The notes under the pieces: model-generated
The model's input: only the letters and a program-made list of their open reading frames with translations
What the model was told of the DNA's origin: nothing
Databases searched by the model: none
In this document: positions 13,270 through 27,320 of the stretch, piece after piece
How positions within the stretch are numbered: the stretch's first letter is position 1
How the letters are laid out: every line of letters starts with the position of its first letter
Assembly: GCF_036321535.1 (NCBI RefSeq)
Contig: NC_087436.1
Coordinates: 12,214,001 to 12,278,000, forward strand
From: Camelus dromedarius
Taxonomy: Eukaryota
Direction: 5' to 3'
Length of the DNA stretch: 64,000 nucleotides
Program-made: the position numbers and the translations under genes

Positions 13270-15340
13270 TTGTTGGGCAGATTCTAAAGATGTCCTCTCA
13301 AGATTCTTGCCCACAAGTCATTCAGTCAAACACTAATCCACGCACTGCTCTAAGAGGACTTTGCAGATGGAAGTCAGGTTACTAAACAGATGACCTTAAA
13401 ATAAGGAGATTCTCAAAGATGAGATGAGTTCACTGTAGTCACATGAGCTCTTGAAAGCAGAAGGCAGAAGAGTCAGTCAGAGAGATGCAGCAGAGTGAGA
13501 AGTCAGGGATCTGAAGTATGAGACGGATGTGTGAGGAAAACAGCTCCACCTGCTGTTGCTGGAGGCCCAAGGTGAAGCGTGGGGCCCATGGAGCTGTAAG
13601 AGGCTCCCAAAGAAAAGGGATTCTGGGGGGACCTCTGCTCTGTAGTCCCAAAGAAATGAGTTTTACCAACAAACTGAATGAACTTGGAAGCGGATCCTTC
13701 TCCAGAACTTCCAGGAAGGAATGTCACCCTGCTGACACCTCAGTTTGCACCTAATGAGACTCTTAAGTAGAGGAACCAGCTGAGCCACATTGTGCCTGGA
13801 CTTCTGACCTACAGCAACTGTGAGATAAATTGTGTTGGGCTAAGCTGCAAAATTTGCCATAATTTGTTAGGGCAGCAATAAAAATTAATACAGATTTTGG
13901 TACCTGGGAAGCAGGATGTTTTTGTAATAAATACTTAAAAATGTGAAAATGGATTCACACTTAGGGCTGTGGGCAGAGGCTGGAAGAATATTGAGGAATA
14001 TGATAGAAAAAGCCTAGAGTGCCTTGAATATGAATGTGAACATTAAGGATGCTTCTGATGAGAGCTTAGAAGGGAGTGAGGAACATGTTACTGGAAACTG
14101 AAGGAATGGGGATCATTGTCACATAGTGGTAGAGAGCATAGCGAAATTGTGTCCTGTAGTTATGTTACAGGTAGAACTTGTAAATGATGAACTTGGATAT
14201 TTACTTGATATTTCTAATCAAAATAGAGAAAATGTTACCTGGTGTATTAGTCAGCTAAGGCTGCCATAACAAAATACCATAGCATGGAAGGCTTAAACAA
14301 CAGAAATTTATTTCTTACAGTTCTGGAGATGGGGAAGTCCAAGGTCAAGGTGTCAGGAAGGCAGATTTCATTCTGAGAGCTCTCTTCTTGGCTTGTAGGT
14401 GACTGCCGTCTTGCTCTGTGCTCACATAGCCTTTCCTTATGTTTGAGAGAGACAAAGAGTGAGCTCTCTGGTGTCTCTTCTTATGAGGTCATTAATCCTA
14501 TTTGATCAGGACACTACTCTTAGGGAGTCATTTAATTTTAATTACTTTCTTACTCCAAATACAACCTTATTGGGGTTAGGGTTTTTAGGGGAACACATTC
14601 AGTCCATAACATATGGGTTCTCTTGCTGCTTATAGTAAAATGTGAGAAGAGAAAGATAAATTGAGGGAAAAATTACTAAACAAAAAGAAATAAGAACTTA
14701 ATGATTTTGAAAGTTCTCAACCTATCCAGATGGGAAAAGTCTCTAAAATTAAGAGATTTATTGCTGGTAAAGTGTGCTGTGGAGAAAAGGCTGAAGGTGT
14801 GACTCTAAGAAAGATCAAAGTTTTGAGTACATAGAAGAGTCTTTGAAGAGATAAGGGTGTGATTAACAGACTGCCTCATTCAAACTAAGGGCTTCTACAA
14901 ATCTGAATGGTGGTGTTCCTCAGCCATCTCAGCAGAAGCCAAAACCAGAGAAGAGATTATCCAGGAGAGATCTGTAGAAGGGCATCTTATCTAATGGAGT
15001 GAAACCCTGTGAAATTCACAAAAAGCCCACACATAGTTTGAGAATTTTATATTGGTACAAACACTGCCAGCTTGGACAGAGACGGACAGAGAGTATGAAA
15101 TGAAATAAGGCTGGCTGTTTGATCCCCCAAATTCTACTGGTGGATAAAACTAATGATAAAATCACTCAACTGCAAATAGGTGCAACCTTTCAGAGAAAAA
15201 AAAAAAGGTGTACTGAGCCCAAAGATTGAGACTGGAATCCTAGAGGGCAGAACCAAGAGCCAAAGAGGATTTTCCCATGTCTTGAAACTTAATTATTTTT
15301 CCTACCTAGATACTAAAACTGCTTTGAAACTGTGACTGTG
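13270..15340 (+). mobile_element. MaLR (MLT1-type) LTR plus internal region
   Basis: LTR ends ggacttctgacctacagcaactgtgagataaat...gcagcaataaaaattaataca (13891), followed by gattttggtacc internal sequence. Confidence 0.85.
14243..14611 (-). mobile_element. MLT1A/B-like solo LTR nested in the MLT1 internal region
   Basis: tgtattagtcagctaaggctgccataacaaaatacca...cacattcagtccataaca; TG...CA termini; degenerate 5-bp flanks cctgg/tatgg. Confidence 0.85.
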
Positions 15341-18300
15341 GTTTAGCACTGGGTGCTTCCGTGAGCTCCCTATTCAGCCACCGTGTTCTTCACTGGAGTG
15401 AAGTTTCTTTAGGTGACAAATGCAAGTGTTTTAACTCTGTCGTAGTCATTGGTCCATTTCCACCAAGTCAACCTAGTTTCAGGTGTTACGCATTTTCAAC
15501 CTTTTAAGGCTGTGCTGTTGATCTCAAAGAGCACAGTACTAGAGCACTGATCATCAAATTTGCATTACATTTCGTGTAGCCTTGTGCTTCTTTTATACTT
15601 TTGTTATAAATCTGAACAACTGCTCTATTGTGTTTTAAGAATAGGTAGTAATAAAAAGGTTGATTTTTGCAGTTACAAGTAGTACCTGTTAGAAAATATT
15701 TCTTCTGTGGTTCAAACTGGAGAATTTCCTGTTTATCAAACTATTCTAATGCACTCTACAGTTTTGGCCAAGTCAAGGAAAATGTGAAATGGTGCTCTCC
15801 AAACACGAAACATACCAACCGACTATGCCTAATTCATTTCTTTAATACTGCACGGTTACTTTGTTCATTTTGTCCTCTGTTGAAATTATGAAATCTTATG
15901 GATCAGACATAATTTTTTAAGAAGTTTGTACAATCTTGAGAAAACATTTGGAACATTTAAATGATTCTCTACTCTGGTTTTGAAGAAAATTTGCACGAGA
16001 GTGAATTATACATTGTACACTAACTTAAATATTTTAAACAGTGATTTGAATAATGAGGAAGTGAAGTGGGGGAGATCACGGGGCAAGGAATTAAAAGCCT
16101 GAGTTAAGATATCGCTCATCTTTTGGTGACCTGAGACCCCTCAATTATTGCCCTTCCACTTTACAGGTTTCTCATGAAGACTGGTGAGAATGGACGGATT
16201 GAATGGTTTGAAAATACGAGTCAATAAATAAATGAAAAATCCTAGGATATGTAGAGGGTGTGAAGTGCCCTCTGAGGACGTACAGGGCTATTGTTTTCAT
16301 GGTTCTAATACATTAATAGTAAATGGAAGGCACAATAGAATTGACTCTCTGCCAAAATACCTACGTTAACTCCCCAATTCATATGTGTAGGGAGGAAAAA
16401 AATAAATATTTTAAAAAGCCAAATAGGACTAATAAATTTTTTAAAGTCTTTTTTGGGGGGTATTCCAAATTAGACTGGACAAAGTATCCCGCACTAAAAA
16501 GTAAGAACAATTTTAAAAAGAGAAAGAAAACTTGAGATATTATATAGATTTTATTGCTGACATATTTGTTTAATGTTCAACTTCACTTAGGTATGTTTTC
16601 TTAATTATAATTCTGGCAGGTTTTTTTTTTTTTTTTCTTTTTCTGCCAATCTTTCAAACAGACTTAAAATGTCTAAATGCGTAAAGTCAAAATGAAGGTC
16701 AAAATCAGAAGTTAAAAGCAGTTGCTGTCTTGTCAGGGCACAGTGCTACAAGCATTAGATTTGACATCATGACTACCAGTGTCATGCTGAAAGGATGAGT
16801 GACTTCTACATTTTGACACTAACCCATGGCTTTGGGTACTAGAGACAGGTCCCAGTGAGTGGGTAGGGCATTCGTCCTTTGTTTTTTATTGTCATTGCTC
16901 AAGTTCTCACCCAACCTGCAGTTTTCATGAACCGTGAGGGGGTGCCAGATGGACAGCCTGTGCTTCTCACATACCTGGCTCCCCCAAGCTTCCCTTCTCC
17001 ATCTGGAGTCTGGCTGACTGTGCCAACGCTGCGGCACCAGGAGCTAACTTCAACCTGCCTTTCCACTGCTGTGTTCCCTCCACGGAGCTTCTATTTATAC
17101 ACCACCTCATGCTGCAGCACCCAGCTGGCTTTGTTGTTGTTGCTTTCCGTTTGCAGAGATGTTAACTGCAGTGGTGTTTATTCATCATCAAAAAACACCT
17201 TTCAGATAGGTCATCCATTTCCTATTTGTCATGGTTTTTTTTTTGGTAAAGATTAAGAGAGTGAATTTCACTCAGTTTAGTCAAGGACATAATGCCATTT
17301 ATACACTTCTCTCTATTTAACAGTAGAGCAATTTCCCTTAAAATTTTTTTTTAATATAACTTTATTAGGGAGATGGTGTTTATGAATTTGAATGTGGAAT
17401 TTTGTAATCGAGCTAAAGTCCATTGGAGAGTCATTGTGAAGTTCTAGGCCTAAGAAAGGATCCTGTGGCAGAATCTCTTACAAAAATTACAATATTTCCT
17501 TGAATTTTCACTTCCCTTGAATCAAACACAAGTGCTCACCTAACTTACCTATTTCAAGCCCTACTCTTGTGGCCGGAATTCTTAATTATTTTAGAGTTTT
17601 TACTTTAAAACTCAAAATTTATTTTGATTATATCTCATTTTTTATCTTTATTACTTTAACTCCTTAAATAATTGCTGGCTTCTTTCCAATATTCACTCAT
17701 TGTATTTGTACAGGAATGTTGCAAAGGGCTGCACAACATGACCCCGTACCAGTGGGGGTGCCAAGTGAACCAGGAGAGGAGGATTTTAAGAATGTCTGAG
17801 TAGGGCTGACCATAAGTGTTTGTCTGAAATACTCAGAATACCTGCTATACATTTGAGAGGAGTGAAAGGGATGAATACACTTAGAGGGAGAATGGATTCT
17901 TCAAAAGGAAGATTTTTTTTTAAGGATCTGGAAAATATCGGTGGACTCATAAAAACATAAGTGGAACAAATTATGACCACAAACTTAATAAAAGAACTGA
18001 AAGAAAAAACAACCAGCCAAGAACAGTATTGGGGTGCGATAGCAAAAGGAAAAAATAATAATTTTGAGAGGTAGGTTTTTAAGATTCAGTGTTACAAAGG
18101 CCTTTTTAAATGAGCACATGTTTGGATTAGTGTCTTCTCATGATGATCTTATTACTCTTATTTGCTTGTCATGTATCATATTTTCTTTCTTTGTCAGGGT
18201 GAATGGGGCATTATATTCTCCTGGAAGCTCAGGGAAGGTTGCATTTTGATTCTGTAGTTTTAAGAGGTTTATAGTGAGGATTGAAGAATAATAAACAAGA

Positions 18301-20267
18301 AAAGAAAATCTAGGTGAAGGGAAAAATGCATATTATTGGAAGACTGGAAGGATCATCATTGTCTGTAATTTATCATAAACTGTGAGGAGCCAGGGTGAAA
18401 GCTCAATAGATAAGAGTCACTATCTGCATCTGGTAGCAGAGGATGTCTCCATGGTGATGGCGCTGCGGTTTACGGATTCACAGCCGCTGTGCATTCAGCA
18501 TGAAAATGGATTAAGTGCGAAAGTAAGGTGGGGAGAAATGGAAGGAGGGGATGCCAGTGCAGCAGAACATTATTTAAAATACCACTGATTACTCAAATTA
18601 CATGTGTTAAGTGATATCTTTGCTAGAATTGTATTGTCATTGACACTTAAAGAGGAACTTCTATGTGCCAGACTGTGTGCCAGAATCTCAAGATTTTAAG
18701 CTAAATATGGTAGAGCCCCATTAAGATGTTATAATCTGCTTGGGAGACATATCTTAGCATACACATTAAAATGAATTAAGTGCTGTAAAAGAAAGATACT
18801 AGAAAGGTGATTTTAGTTAAATATTTGGGCTTTGTAATCAGACTGTCTGGGTTTGAATCTGTTTGGTGATTTGCTGGCTGAATTTTTCTAAGGCTGAATT
18901 TCTTCATCAGTTTCTTAAAACCTGAAGAAAATAACTGGACTATTTAGTAAGTAATTGTCAATATTTGCAACATACTGTCTTTAGTGCTTGTTACACCCAG
19001 TCTGCTAGTTAGGAGAGTAATGATGAATAAAATACTATAGGGCATCAAAAATCTGTGTGTGTGTCTAAGTGTGTCTGTGTGTCTCTGAGTGTGTCGTCTG
19101 GGCACGACGCTCTTGCAAGCCCTGACTGCAGAGCTGTCACACAGATCCAGGCCCCAGGTCTCGCCTTGATGCTGATTACTTTTGACTCTGATGATTCATT
19201 ACCTCTTTAGTCTTCTCAGAGGTTGTAATTCTTGCCTCCAAGGCTTGTGGTGTGGGTATTAAAGAGACTCTCTAAAGGTTCGATCAAATATAAATAAATC
19301 CATCCATCTCAATTACCCTTGCCTAATTTGGAGTATTTATATTTTTCTTTTTTAATATGTGAAAACTATGTTGATTGATGTTACCTGGTTGTTTATGTTC
19401 AGATCGTTTAGATTTCTAAAACTGCATCTTTACTCTGTCCATGACTTTATTTCTGTGTTAAACTAAAATGATGAAAATCTAACTATAGATGTACCATTGT
19501 TGGGATAATATATAGACTCAGAAAAGGCTTAATATGTTTCTTTGTAGAAATGCTTGGATAATTTTGATTAGATTATACTTACCTTTAAGAAATCCTACAT
19601 ATTAAAACCAATCAAAAAGATTTTATCAACACCTGTTTACTCCGAATTCAAACTTAGAGCTTTTCAATCCTGGAGAGCAGAGCTTTGAATCTTGCAGTAC
19701 GTGAAGGACTCCAACTTGGGACACAACTCTCTGGCATAAAACCTGTTGTTAACTGGGCACTTTATTTCATGAAATTTTTACCAGAGCCTTATTGACTCAT
19801 TCTTAGCATAGGATTTTTAATAAGCTTACTTATCAGCTTTAATGACCCATGTCGTATTGAATCTGAAAACTCGAAGAGGACCCAGCAAAATCTTTTGGGA
19901 GTGAGAATACCAGTAGCTGGGGAGGTGACCCCATATAATCTGGGGAGGACACAGTGACCTTAATGTCGGCATGAGGATGCTTTCCTGCAGTTCCCCATAA
20001 CCTGTATGCATAGTGACTACTGTGAGTCACTGAGAGAGAATGTTGGGTCTTCATGACGGTAGATACGTGTGTTTTATAATCTGACTTGGAAAGTTCACTT
20101 GCCCAGAATACTAAGAAGCATTACGGTAGTTAGAGTGGCAGGATGAAAGACATGGATTTGAAATGAGAAAGTACAAGGATGAGGGGAGAGGGAGCAACAG
20201 CAAACAGCATGAATGAAGACAAGGAGGTAGAACAAAGCCTGAGGTCATGAGACAACGAGAAGGCTGA

Positions 20268-20305
20268 CAAGGCTGGAGCCAAGGATGGAGCCAAGGATGG
20301 AGCCA
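20268..20305. repeat. 12-bp tandem repeat x3 (caaggatggagc)
   Basis: caaggctggagc caaggatggagc caaggatggagc ca. Confidence 0.85.
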
Positions 20306-23124
20306 GACTCTGAGGGGTAGGGGCTTGTAAGAATTAAACAGGCTAGTTTAATGCAGATTTATGGCTCTATCTTCAGAAAATATATTGCAGTGTGTTTTCT
20401 TCACTCCTCACTAATTCTAATGTGCACAATCCAAAACTCACACTGAAAAATGGTACCAGGGAAGATGCAGCCATCCATTGAAGGTTTTGCACAGAAAAGC
20501 CATGTTGAAAGTGTTCCAGAAAGATTAATTTGGTAGAGTGGCACGTCAGAGGTCAACATGAAAGCTCCTAATTAGTTCAGCGAGGAGGTGATGAGTGCCT
20601 AGCCTGGCAGGCTGACAGAAACATTAGAAAAGACAGAAACGTTACTAGGGATTTGTAGAGGACAGGGTCAACAGAATGTGACGATCCACACTTAAGTACA
20701 GGGAAGACAGGAGGGAGAGACAATGACAGAGCAACGCACTAAGCTGTCACTGGGGAAAAAAAAAACAATTTTTAAAGCAATTGTTGGGTTTATATCTAGT
20801 TATAAGTAATCTGGCTTCAGTTTCTTTGTAAGTTAATACAATGATAAAATGCCTGGGCTTGTGTTCTACCCCTGACTCAGTCAAGTTTGTTTCCTTCACT
20901 GAACTTGAGTTATGTTATCTGGACAAGGGTACCAACTTCACAGAGTGGTTATTAGAAATAAGTGTCTGCAAGATGCGTCTGCATCCCTTCTCTAAGCTGT
21001 GAATAGCAGGCAAGAGCTACCTGTGAGGACTTTATCTGCCTTTCGTCCCAAAACTCTTTGCAGAGCAAGAATTTTAATTTATGTGTACACATTCTTTCAT
21101 AACCCAAAACTTCTAAACAAGAAGCATGAATTGTTTTGATTATTTCTGAAGAAATCTTACATTAGTAGCCATCATATAGCTTGTCTTATACCCAAAAGAC
21201 TCATGTGCTTCTAATAGTAAATAAACTGCTTCTAGGCCAAAGGATTTCAAAGCATATTTTTCTGTGCCCACTTCCAATTCTGAATTCTTATCCCCAGTTA
21301 CTGATTCATCAGCTCTCTGTCTGGAAACATAGACAAGCAAGTGAATGGTGAAAAATGCTGCCTTTTCACTGCTCTTTAGGGAAGAGGTTGTCAGTCTCCA
21401 GCTCAGTCCTTACAGTTTTGGGATATGTCTTAGAAGAGCATTATTTCCTTATTAACATATTTAATATTATTGTATTAAATATATGATTACTAAAGTGAAC
21501 AGGGAACTGTTGGCTTCCTCCCAGAGACAACTGAAACCAGTTTAGACACACTGATAGCCGAAAAGAGAGAAATGAGTTAGGTTTTGCCAATATTTTTTAA
21601 GAAAAAAAGATTCAAAATGTGGTATTTTCTACCAAAATATTATTTTTCAACCCATGAGATCAGAACTGTTTTAGTAGCTGATCTTTTAAAATTAAAAGTC
21701 AGAGCTGTTCCCTCCATGTGACTGTAGCAACATTGGAATGAGCCGCATAGGGAACTGTGACACCCTGGGTCAAAGAAATATCAATGTGGGTTTGGAAAGC
21801 TGCTTTCATTGTTGCCGAGGTGGTGAAAAGAAAGAATATCAATTTGTATACGTTAAAAGCCTTGGAGAACCTGGAAGTGTTCTGAGCTTGGCAAAATTAA
21901 ATTTCACATTAAAATGTTCTATGTTTAGCAAAACTCAAAACATATTTTGAGAATTCCCTTTTCTCTTACATTTATAACTCTGGGTATTTTAAGCAGTATT
22001 TTTATTTTTGATTCATTTCCAGTATTGTATGAGAAATTTCTGTTAACCATGGGACTTTCTTTCTTGAACCTGGAAATTTTGCATTGTCAATGTTTAAATT
22101 GTATTCGAAACCAGGATGCCTGAGTTCAGTTTAAAGTTGTCATTTGTGCCTTGATGTTTGGCCAGCTATCTCCATTCCTTCCCAGTATATTTGTGTTTAA
22201 TTATATTGAAATGCTAAGTCTACCCTAGCATTGTATATGTAGTTTTACCTTTATTATTGTGTTTCAGCAGACATTCATGTACAGAGTTCAGAACCCTAAG
22301 CCATTAAGCGTCAAGATTGTCTATAACTTTATTTGGGAGAGTTGGAGGGCACAATGTTGTAAATAGTCATATGAACATACATTTTTTAAAACCCTGCTTG
22401 TATGTTGCATGTCTTCAGACAGGCTCCAAATTCTAGCTCTAACCCAAATTCTGAGAAAAATATATGAAAAATATCCCCAAATGGATACAACTTACGATAG
22501 CAGAGAGAATCATAAATTTGTAATTTTTTTTGGTTATTGTTTTAGAGATGACCTAGCAGAATTTACTCAGAGTCTGCTTTTCATGGATGCGTGGCATTTT
22601 TGCTGTCATGAAAATAAACAACAGAGCCCATGTACAGAATTATTGTGAACTTAGAAGGACTTTTTCCATATTAAAATATTAAAAACACTATCATCATTTG
22701 AAGAATTCTGTTTTGTGTATCTTATCATCAGAGGGCTGATGAGAACTTGCTAGTCCCAGCTAGAATTTTCATTTATGTAATGTTGTGTATATAATTTTAC
22801 AGAAATCTACCCTTCTAACACATACTTTCATTCTGCATAATTCTAAGGGAATTTGTTAACATTAAATACACAAGCTAAGACAGATTCTGAACGCCTTATT
22901 ACTTTATAAAACATAAACATTGGACTTTAAATAAAGTATTCTAAGACCATAGAAGACCACTTTTTGAATAAAAATAAAATTCAGAAATTTTTATTCCTTG
23001 CTTTTGCCGATTAATATTTAAAATCAGATAATTGTTATTCTTATTCACTACTTTTGTGCTTAGAGACATTAGACATGAAATATTTAAAAAATACTCTAAA
23101 CATTGCTCTTTGCTTAAGGAGACC

Positions 23125-23574
23125 TTTATTTTATTTATTTTTTATATGGAGTATAATTGATTTACAATATTATGTTATTTTTAGACGTACAGCATAGTGA
23201 TTCAGCATTTTTGCGGGTTACACTCCATTATAGGTTATTATAAGATAATGGCTATGATTCCCTGTGCTATACAGTATATCCTTGTTGCTTATCTATTTTA
23301 TGTATAGTAGTTTGTATCTGTTAATCCCATACCCCTAATTTGTCCCTTTCTTTTTCCCTCTCCCCTTTGGTAACCACAAGCTTGTTTTCTATGTCTGTGA
23401 GTCTATTTCTCTTTTGCATTTGCATTAATTTGTATTATTTTTAAAATTCTACCTATAAGTGATATCATACAGTATTTGCCTTTAGCTGTCTGATCTGCTT
23501 CACTTAGTGTAATATTCTAGAGGTCAACCCCCACTGCTGCAAATGGCAGTATTTCATTATGAGTAATATTCAAT

Positions 23575-23610
<36 letters not shown>

Positions 23611-26600
23611 ACTCTTCTTAATCCACTCATCTGTTGATGGGCACAGATGTCTTGGCTATTGTAAATAATACTGCATTGGGGTGCACGAATCTTTCCAATT
23701 AGTGTTTTCATTGTTTCCAGATATATACCCAGGTGTGGGATTGCTGGATCATATGGTAGTTCTGTTTTCAGTTTCTGGAGGAACCTCCATAACGTCTTCC
23801 ATAGTGGTTGCACCAGTTTACATTCCTACCAACAGTGTACAAGAGTTCCCTCTCCTCCACACCCTCTCCAGCCTTTGTTACTTGTAGACTTTTTGATGAT
23901 GGCCATTCTGAGGTATTTTCTAGTTTTATTTTTGATATTATCATTGACCCATTTGTTTTTCAGTAGCATATTGTTTAGTCTCTGTGTATTTGTTCTTTTC
24001 TCATTTTTGTTTCTGTAGCTGATTTCTAGTTTCATACTGTTGTGGTTCAAAAAAATGCTTGATACAATTTCTAGCCTCTTAAATTTGTTGAGGCTTCTTT
24101 TGTGACCTAGTATGTGGTCTATCCTGGAGAATGGTCCAAGTGAACCTTAAAAGAATGTGTATTCTGCTGGCTTTGGATGTAATGGCTTTGGATATCTGTG
24201 AAGTCCAATGTGTGTTGTGTTATGTTGTTTAAGACCACTGTTGCCTTATTGATTTTCTGTCTGGATGATTTGCCTATTGACGTCAGTGGGGTGTTAAATT
24301 CCCCTACTACTGTTGTATTATTGTCCATTTCTCCCTTTATGTCTGTATTAGTTTTATATTTTTAGATGCTCTGATATTGGGTGTGTGATATTAACAAGTG
24401 TAATATTCTCATATTATATTGATCCCTTTATCATTATATAACACCCTTCTTTGTCTTTTGTTATTGCCTGTTGTAAAGTCTATTCTGTCTGACATGATTA
24501 TTGCCACTCCTGCCTTCTTGTCATTTCCATTTGCATGAAACACCCTTTTATATCCCCTCCCTTTCAGTTTGTGTGTATTTAGCCCTCAAGTGAGTCTCTT
24601 GTAAGCAGCATATGGGGAAGGTCTTGGCTTTTTATTCAATCATCCACTCTATGTCTTTTGATCAGAACATTTAGCCCATTGACACATTTAATGTAGTTGT
24701 TGATAGGTAGTACTTACTGCCATTTTAGTATTTGTTTTCTAGTTGTTTTTTAAGTTTTCTCAGTTCATTTCTTCTTTGTGTTTCTCCCACTGTGGTTTGA
24801 TGATAATATTTTATATTATGCTTGGTTTCCTTTCTTTTTGGTTTTTGTGTATCTATTTTAGTTTTTTAATATGTGGTTTCCATGAGGTTCATAAACATTG
24901 ACCCATAATTATATCTTTTTGCTTTAAACTAGTAGTCATTTAAGTTTAAATACATTCTAAAAGATCAACATTTTTACTCCCCTCCCCCACTTTCATGTTT
25001 TTGACGTCATATTTTACATCTTCGTGCTTATTCCTTTACTGTTTATTGTAGTTATAGTTACGTTGGTAATTTTTTGTCTTTTAATCTATGTACTGGCTTA
25101 TTTAAGTGACCTTCAATCTTTATTATATACTTGCCTTTCCTATAGGAATTTTTCTTTTCTGGAAGATTCTTACTGCTTTTCCATCTAGAGGAGACCCTTC
25201 AACATCTCTTGTAAACATAGGTTTAATATTGGTGAATTTTTTAAGCTTTTGCTTGTCTGAGAAGTTCTTTATCTCCTTCTATTCTAAGTGATTACCATGC
25301 TGTGTAGAGTATCCTATGTTTTTCCCCTTCAGGACTTTGAATATATCATGCCATTCCCTTGTGGCCTGCAAAATTTCTACAAAGAAATCAACTGATCACC
25401 AGAAAATAACTGGTGTTCTCTTGTAAATGACTCTTTATCCTTCTCTTCCTGCCTTTAGAGTTCTCTCTTTATCTTTAACTTTTGTCATTTTAATTATTAT
25501 ACGTGTTGGTGTGAGTCTGTTTGGGTTCATCTTGTTTAGGACCCTCTGTGCTTCCTGTACTTGGATATCTGTTTCCTTCTTTACGTTTGGGAAGTTTTCA
25601 GCCATAATTTCCTCAAATACATTTTTAATACCCTTATCTCTCTCTTCTTCTGGAATATCTACAATGCAAATGTTGTCACATTTGATACTATCCCACAGAT
25701 CTCATATATTGCACTAATTTTTTTTTTTTTCATTTGTCTTTCTCTCTGCTGTTCTGATTGGGTGATTTCCATTATTCTACCTTCCATATCACTTATGTAT
25801 CCTTTTGTGCCATTTATTCTAGGGTGCTTCTAGAGTGCTTTCTATCTCAGATATTAAATTAGCTATTTTTGATTGGATCTTCTTTATATTTTCTAGTTTC
25901 TTGTTAAAATTATTTGTGTTTAGATCAATTCTCTTCTAGATTCAGTTAACATTTTTACTACTAATGTTTAAAATTCTTTGTTAAATTATTTATTTATGTT
26001 TCATTTATTTTTTCAGGAGTTTTCTCTTGCTCTTTCAATTGGGAGTAGTTCCTTTGCCTTTTCATTTTACTTAACTTTCTCTGTCGCTATAAATTTAGGT
26101 GAAATAGTTACCTATTGTGGTCTTGAAGGGGTGTTCTTATGTGGGTGTGTCCCTATGTCAACAGTATTTGCCCAATGCCTGTTGTGGGAGGACTGGATTT
26201 GATGCGGATGCGAGTCATATCTTTACTCAGGGTGTGCTGGCTACTTATTAGGAGGTTTGACTGGAGATTGGGGAGCTAGAGTCTGTGCAGGTGGTGAGGC
26301 AGGACTTCCTTGCTCGGTAGCCATCACCACCTTGTCAAGAGAGGAGTCTGCTCTCAAGTTGTAGCATGGAAGTTCTGAGGGTCAGGCTCGAGTTGGCTCT
26401 GTTCCCTTTAAGAGTGTGTTTCCCTTCTCTCCTCACAGGGGCATTTTCCCCAAAGGAGGGGAGTGCTGAAGCAAGTGGAGCTCATGTGCTTACAGATGTC
26501 CAATGCTCCACTTGTGTAGTTATCTGTGGTTCTGCTCAGATGCAGCCCAAGTTTGCATTTTTCCCCCCATCATGGCTGCTCTAGGTCTAGTGCTGTGGAG

Positions 26601-27320
26601 TGGGTGGGGCTGGAGCATTTGCTCCACTTAGGCTGGGGTGCACAGCAAGGCAGTTTTGGGGTTTCTGGCAGCCATCTGGGCTGCTTCTGGGGTGCTGCTT
26701 GAGTAAGCACCAGCAATGGCCATCACCCCACCTGTGCTCTGTCCCAGGCGGGTCACTCCTGCATTCCTAGGTCAGGTCTTTTCCCAGGTATTGGCGGTCC
26801 AAGGTCCACTGCCAAGCTGTGGCATGGATGAGGCTGGGTGTTCACTTGGCTTGGGCTGGGGAGCATGGTGCAGCAGCAGACGCTAGGGCAGACGTCTACG
26901 GCAGCACCTGTGCACTCCTCATCAGTGGAGATGGACTTCTCCAGCCTTTCTGTCTGTCCCAGCAGTTCTCCAAGCAGCCAAGGGGGCTTGCCTCCTACAT
27001 GGAGGACCTCAGGACTAGGAGGTCCCGTCTGTTGCTTGTCCTACTCACTCCCTAGGGCAAGTGTTTGTCCATGTGATCTCCCTTTTCCTCTGATTCCCCT
27101 CCCAGGGGCATAGGTGCCAACCCAGTATATTTCTTCTCATCTTACCCGATTACATGTGTACCTTTCCTACAGCCTTGGTTGTATGGGAGCCCTTCTGCCA
27201 GTTTCCAGTTAGTTTTCCATGAGAACTGCTCCACACATAGATGTATTTTTGATGTGTTTGTGGGAGATGGTAAGAGGAGCTCCATGTCCTCTCACTCTGC
27301 CATCTTTATCTCCCTCCCTT
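23125..27320 (-). mobile_element. L1 with 5' UTR, ORF1, endonuclease region and 3' end, but a large internal ORF2 deletion
   Basis: 5' end near ctctgccatctt (~27300); ORF1 relics ~25190-26100; EN motifs (VVGEFNTPLTSI...RQKINK; HNSMKLEI); junction ~23911 to RMAIIKK C-terminus; 3' UTR and A-rich tail at ~23125. Confidence 0.92.
23577..23609. repeat. (GT)n microsatellite inside L1
   Basis: About 16 GT units. Confidence 0.95.

Noticed and set aside
20268..20305. Short direct-repeat array as CRISPR-like
   Set aside because: No spacers, eukaryotic intron; simple slippage repeat.
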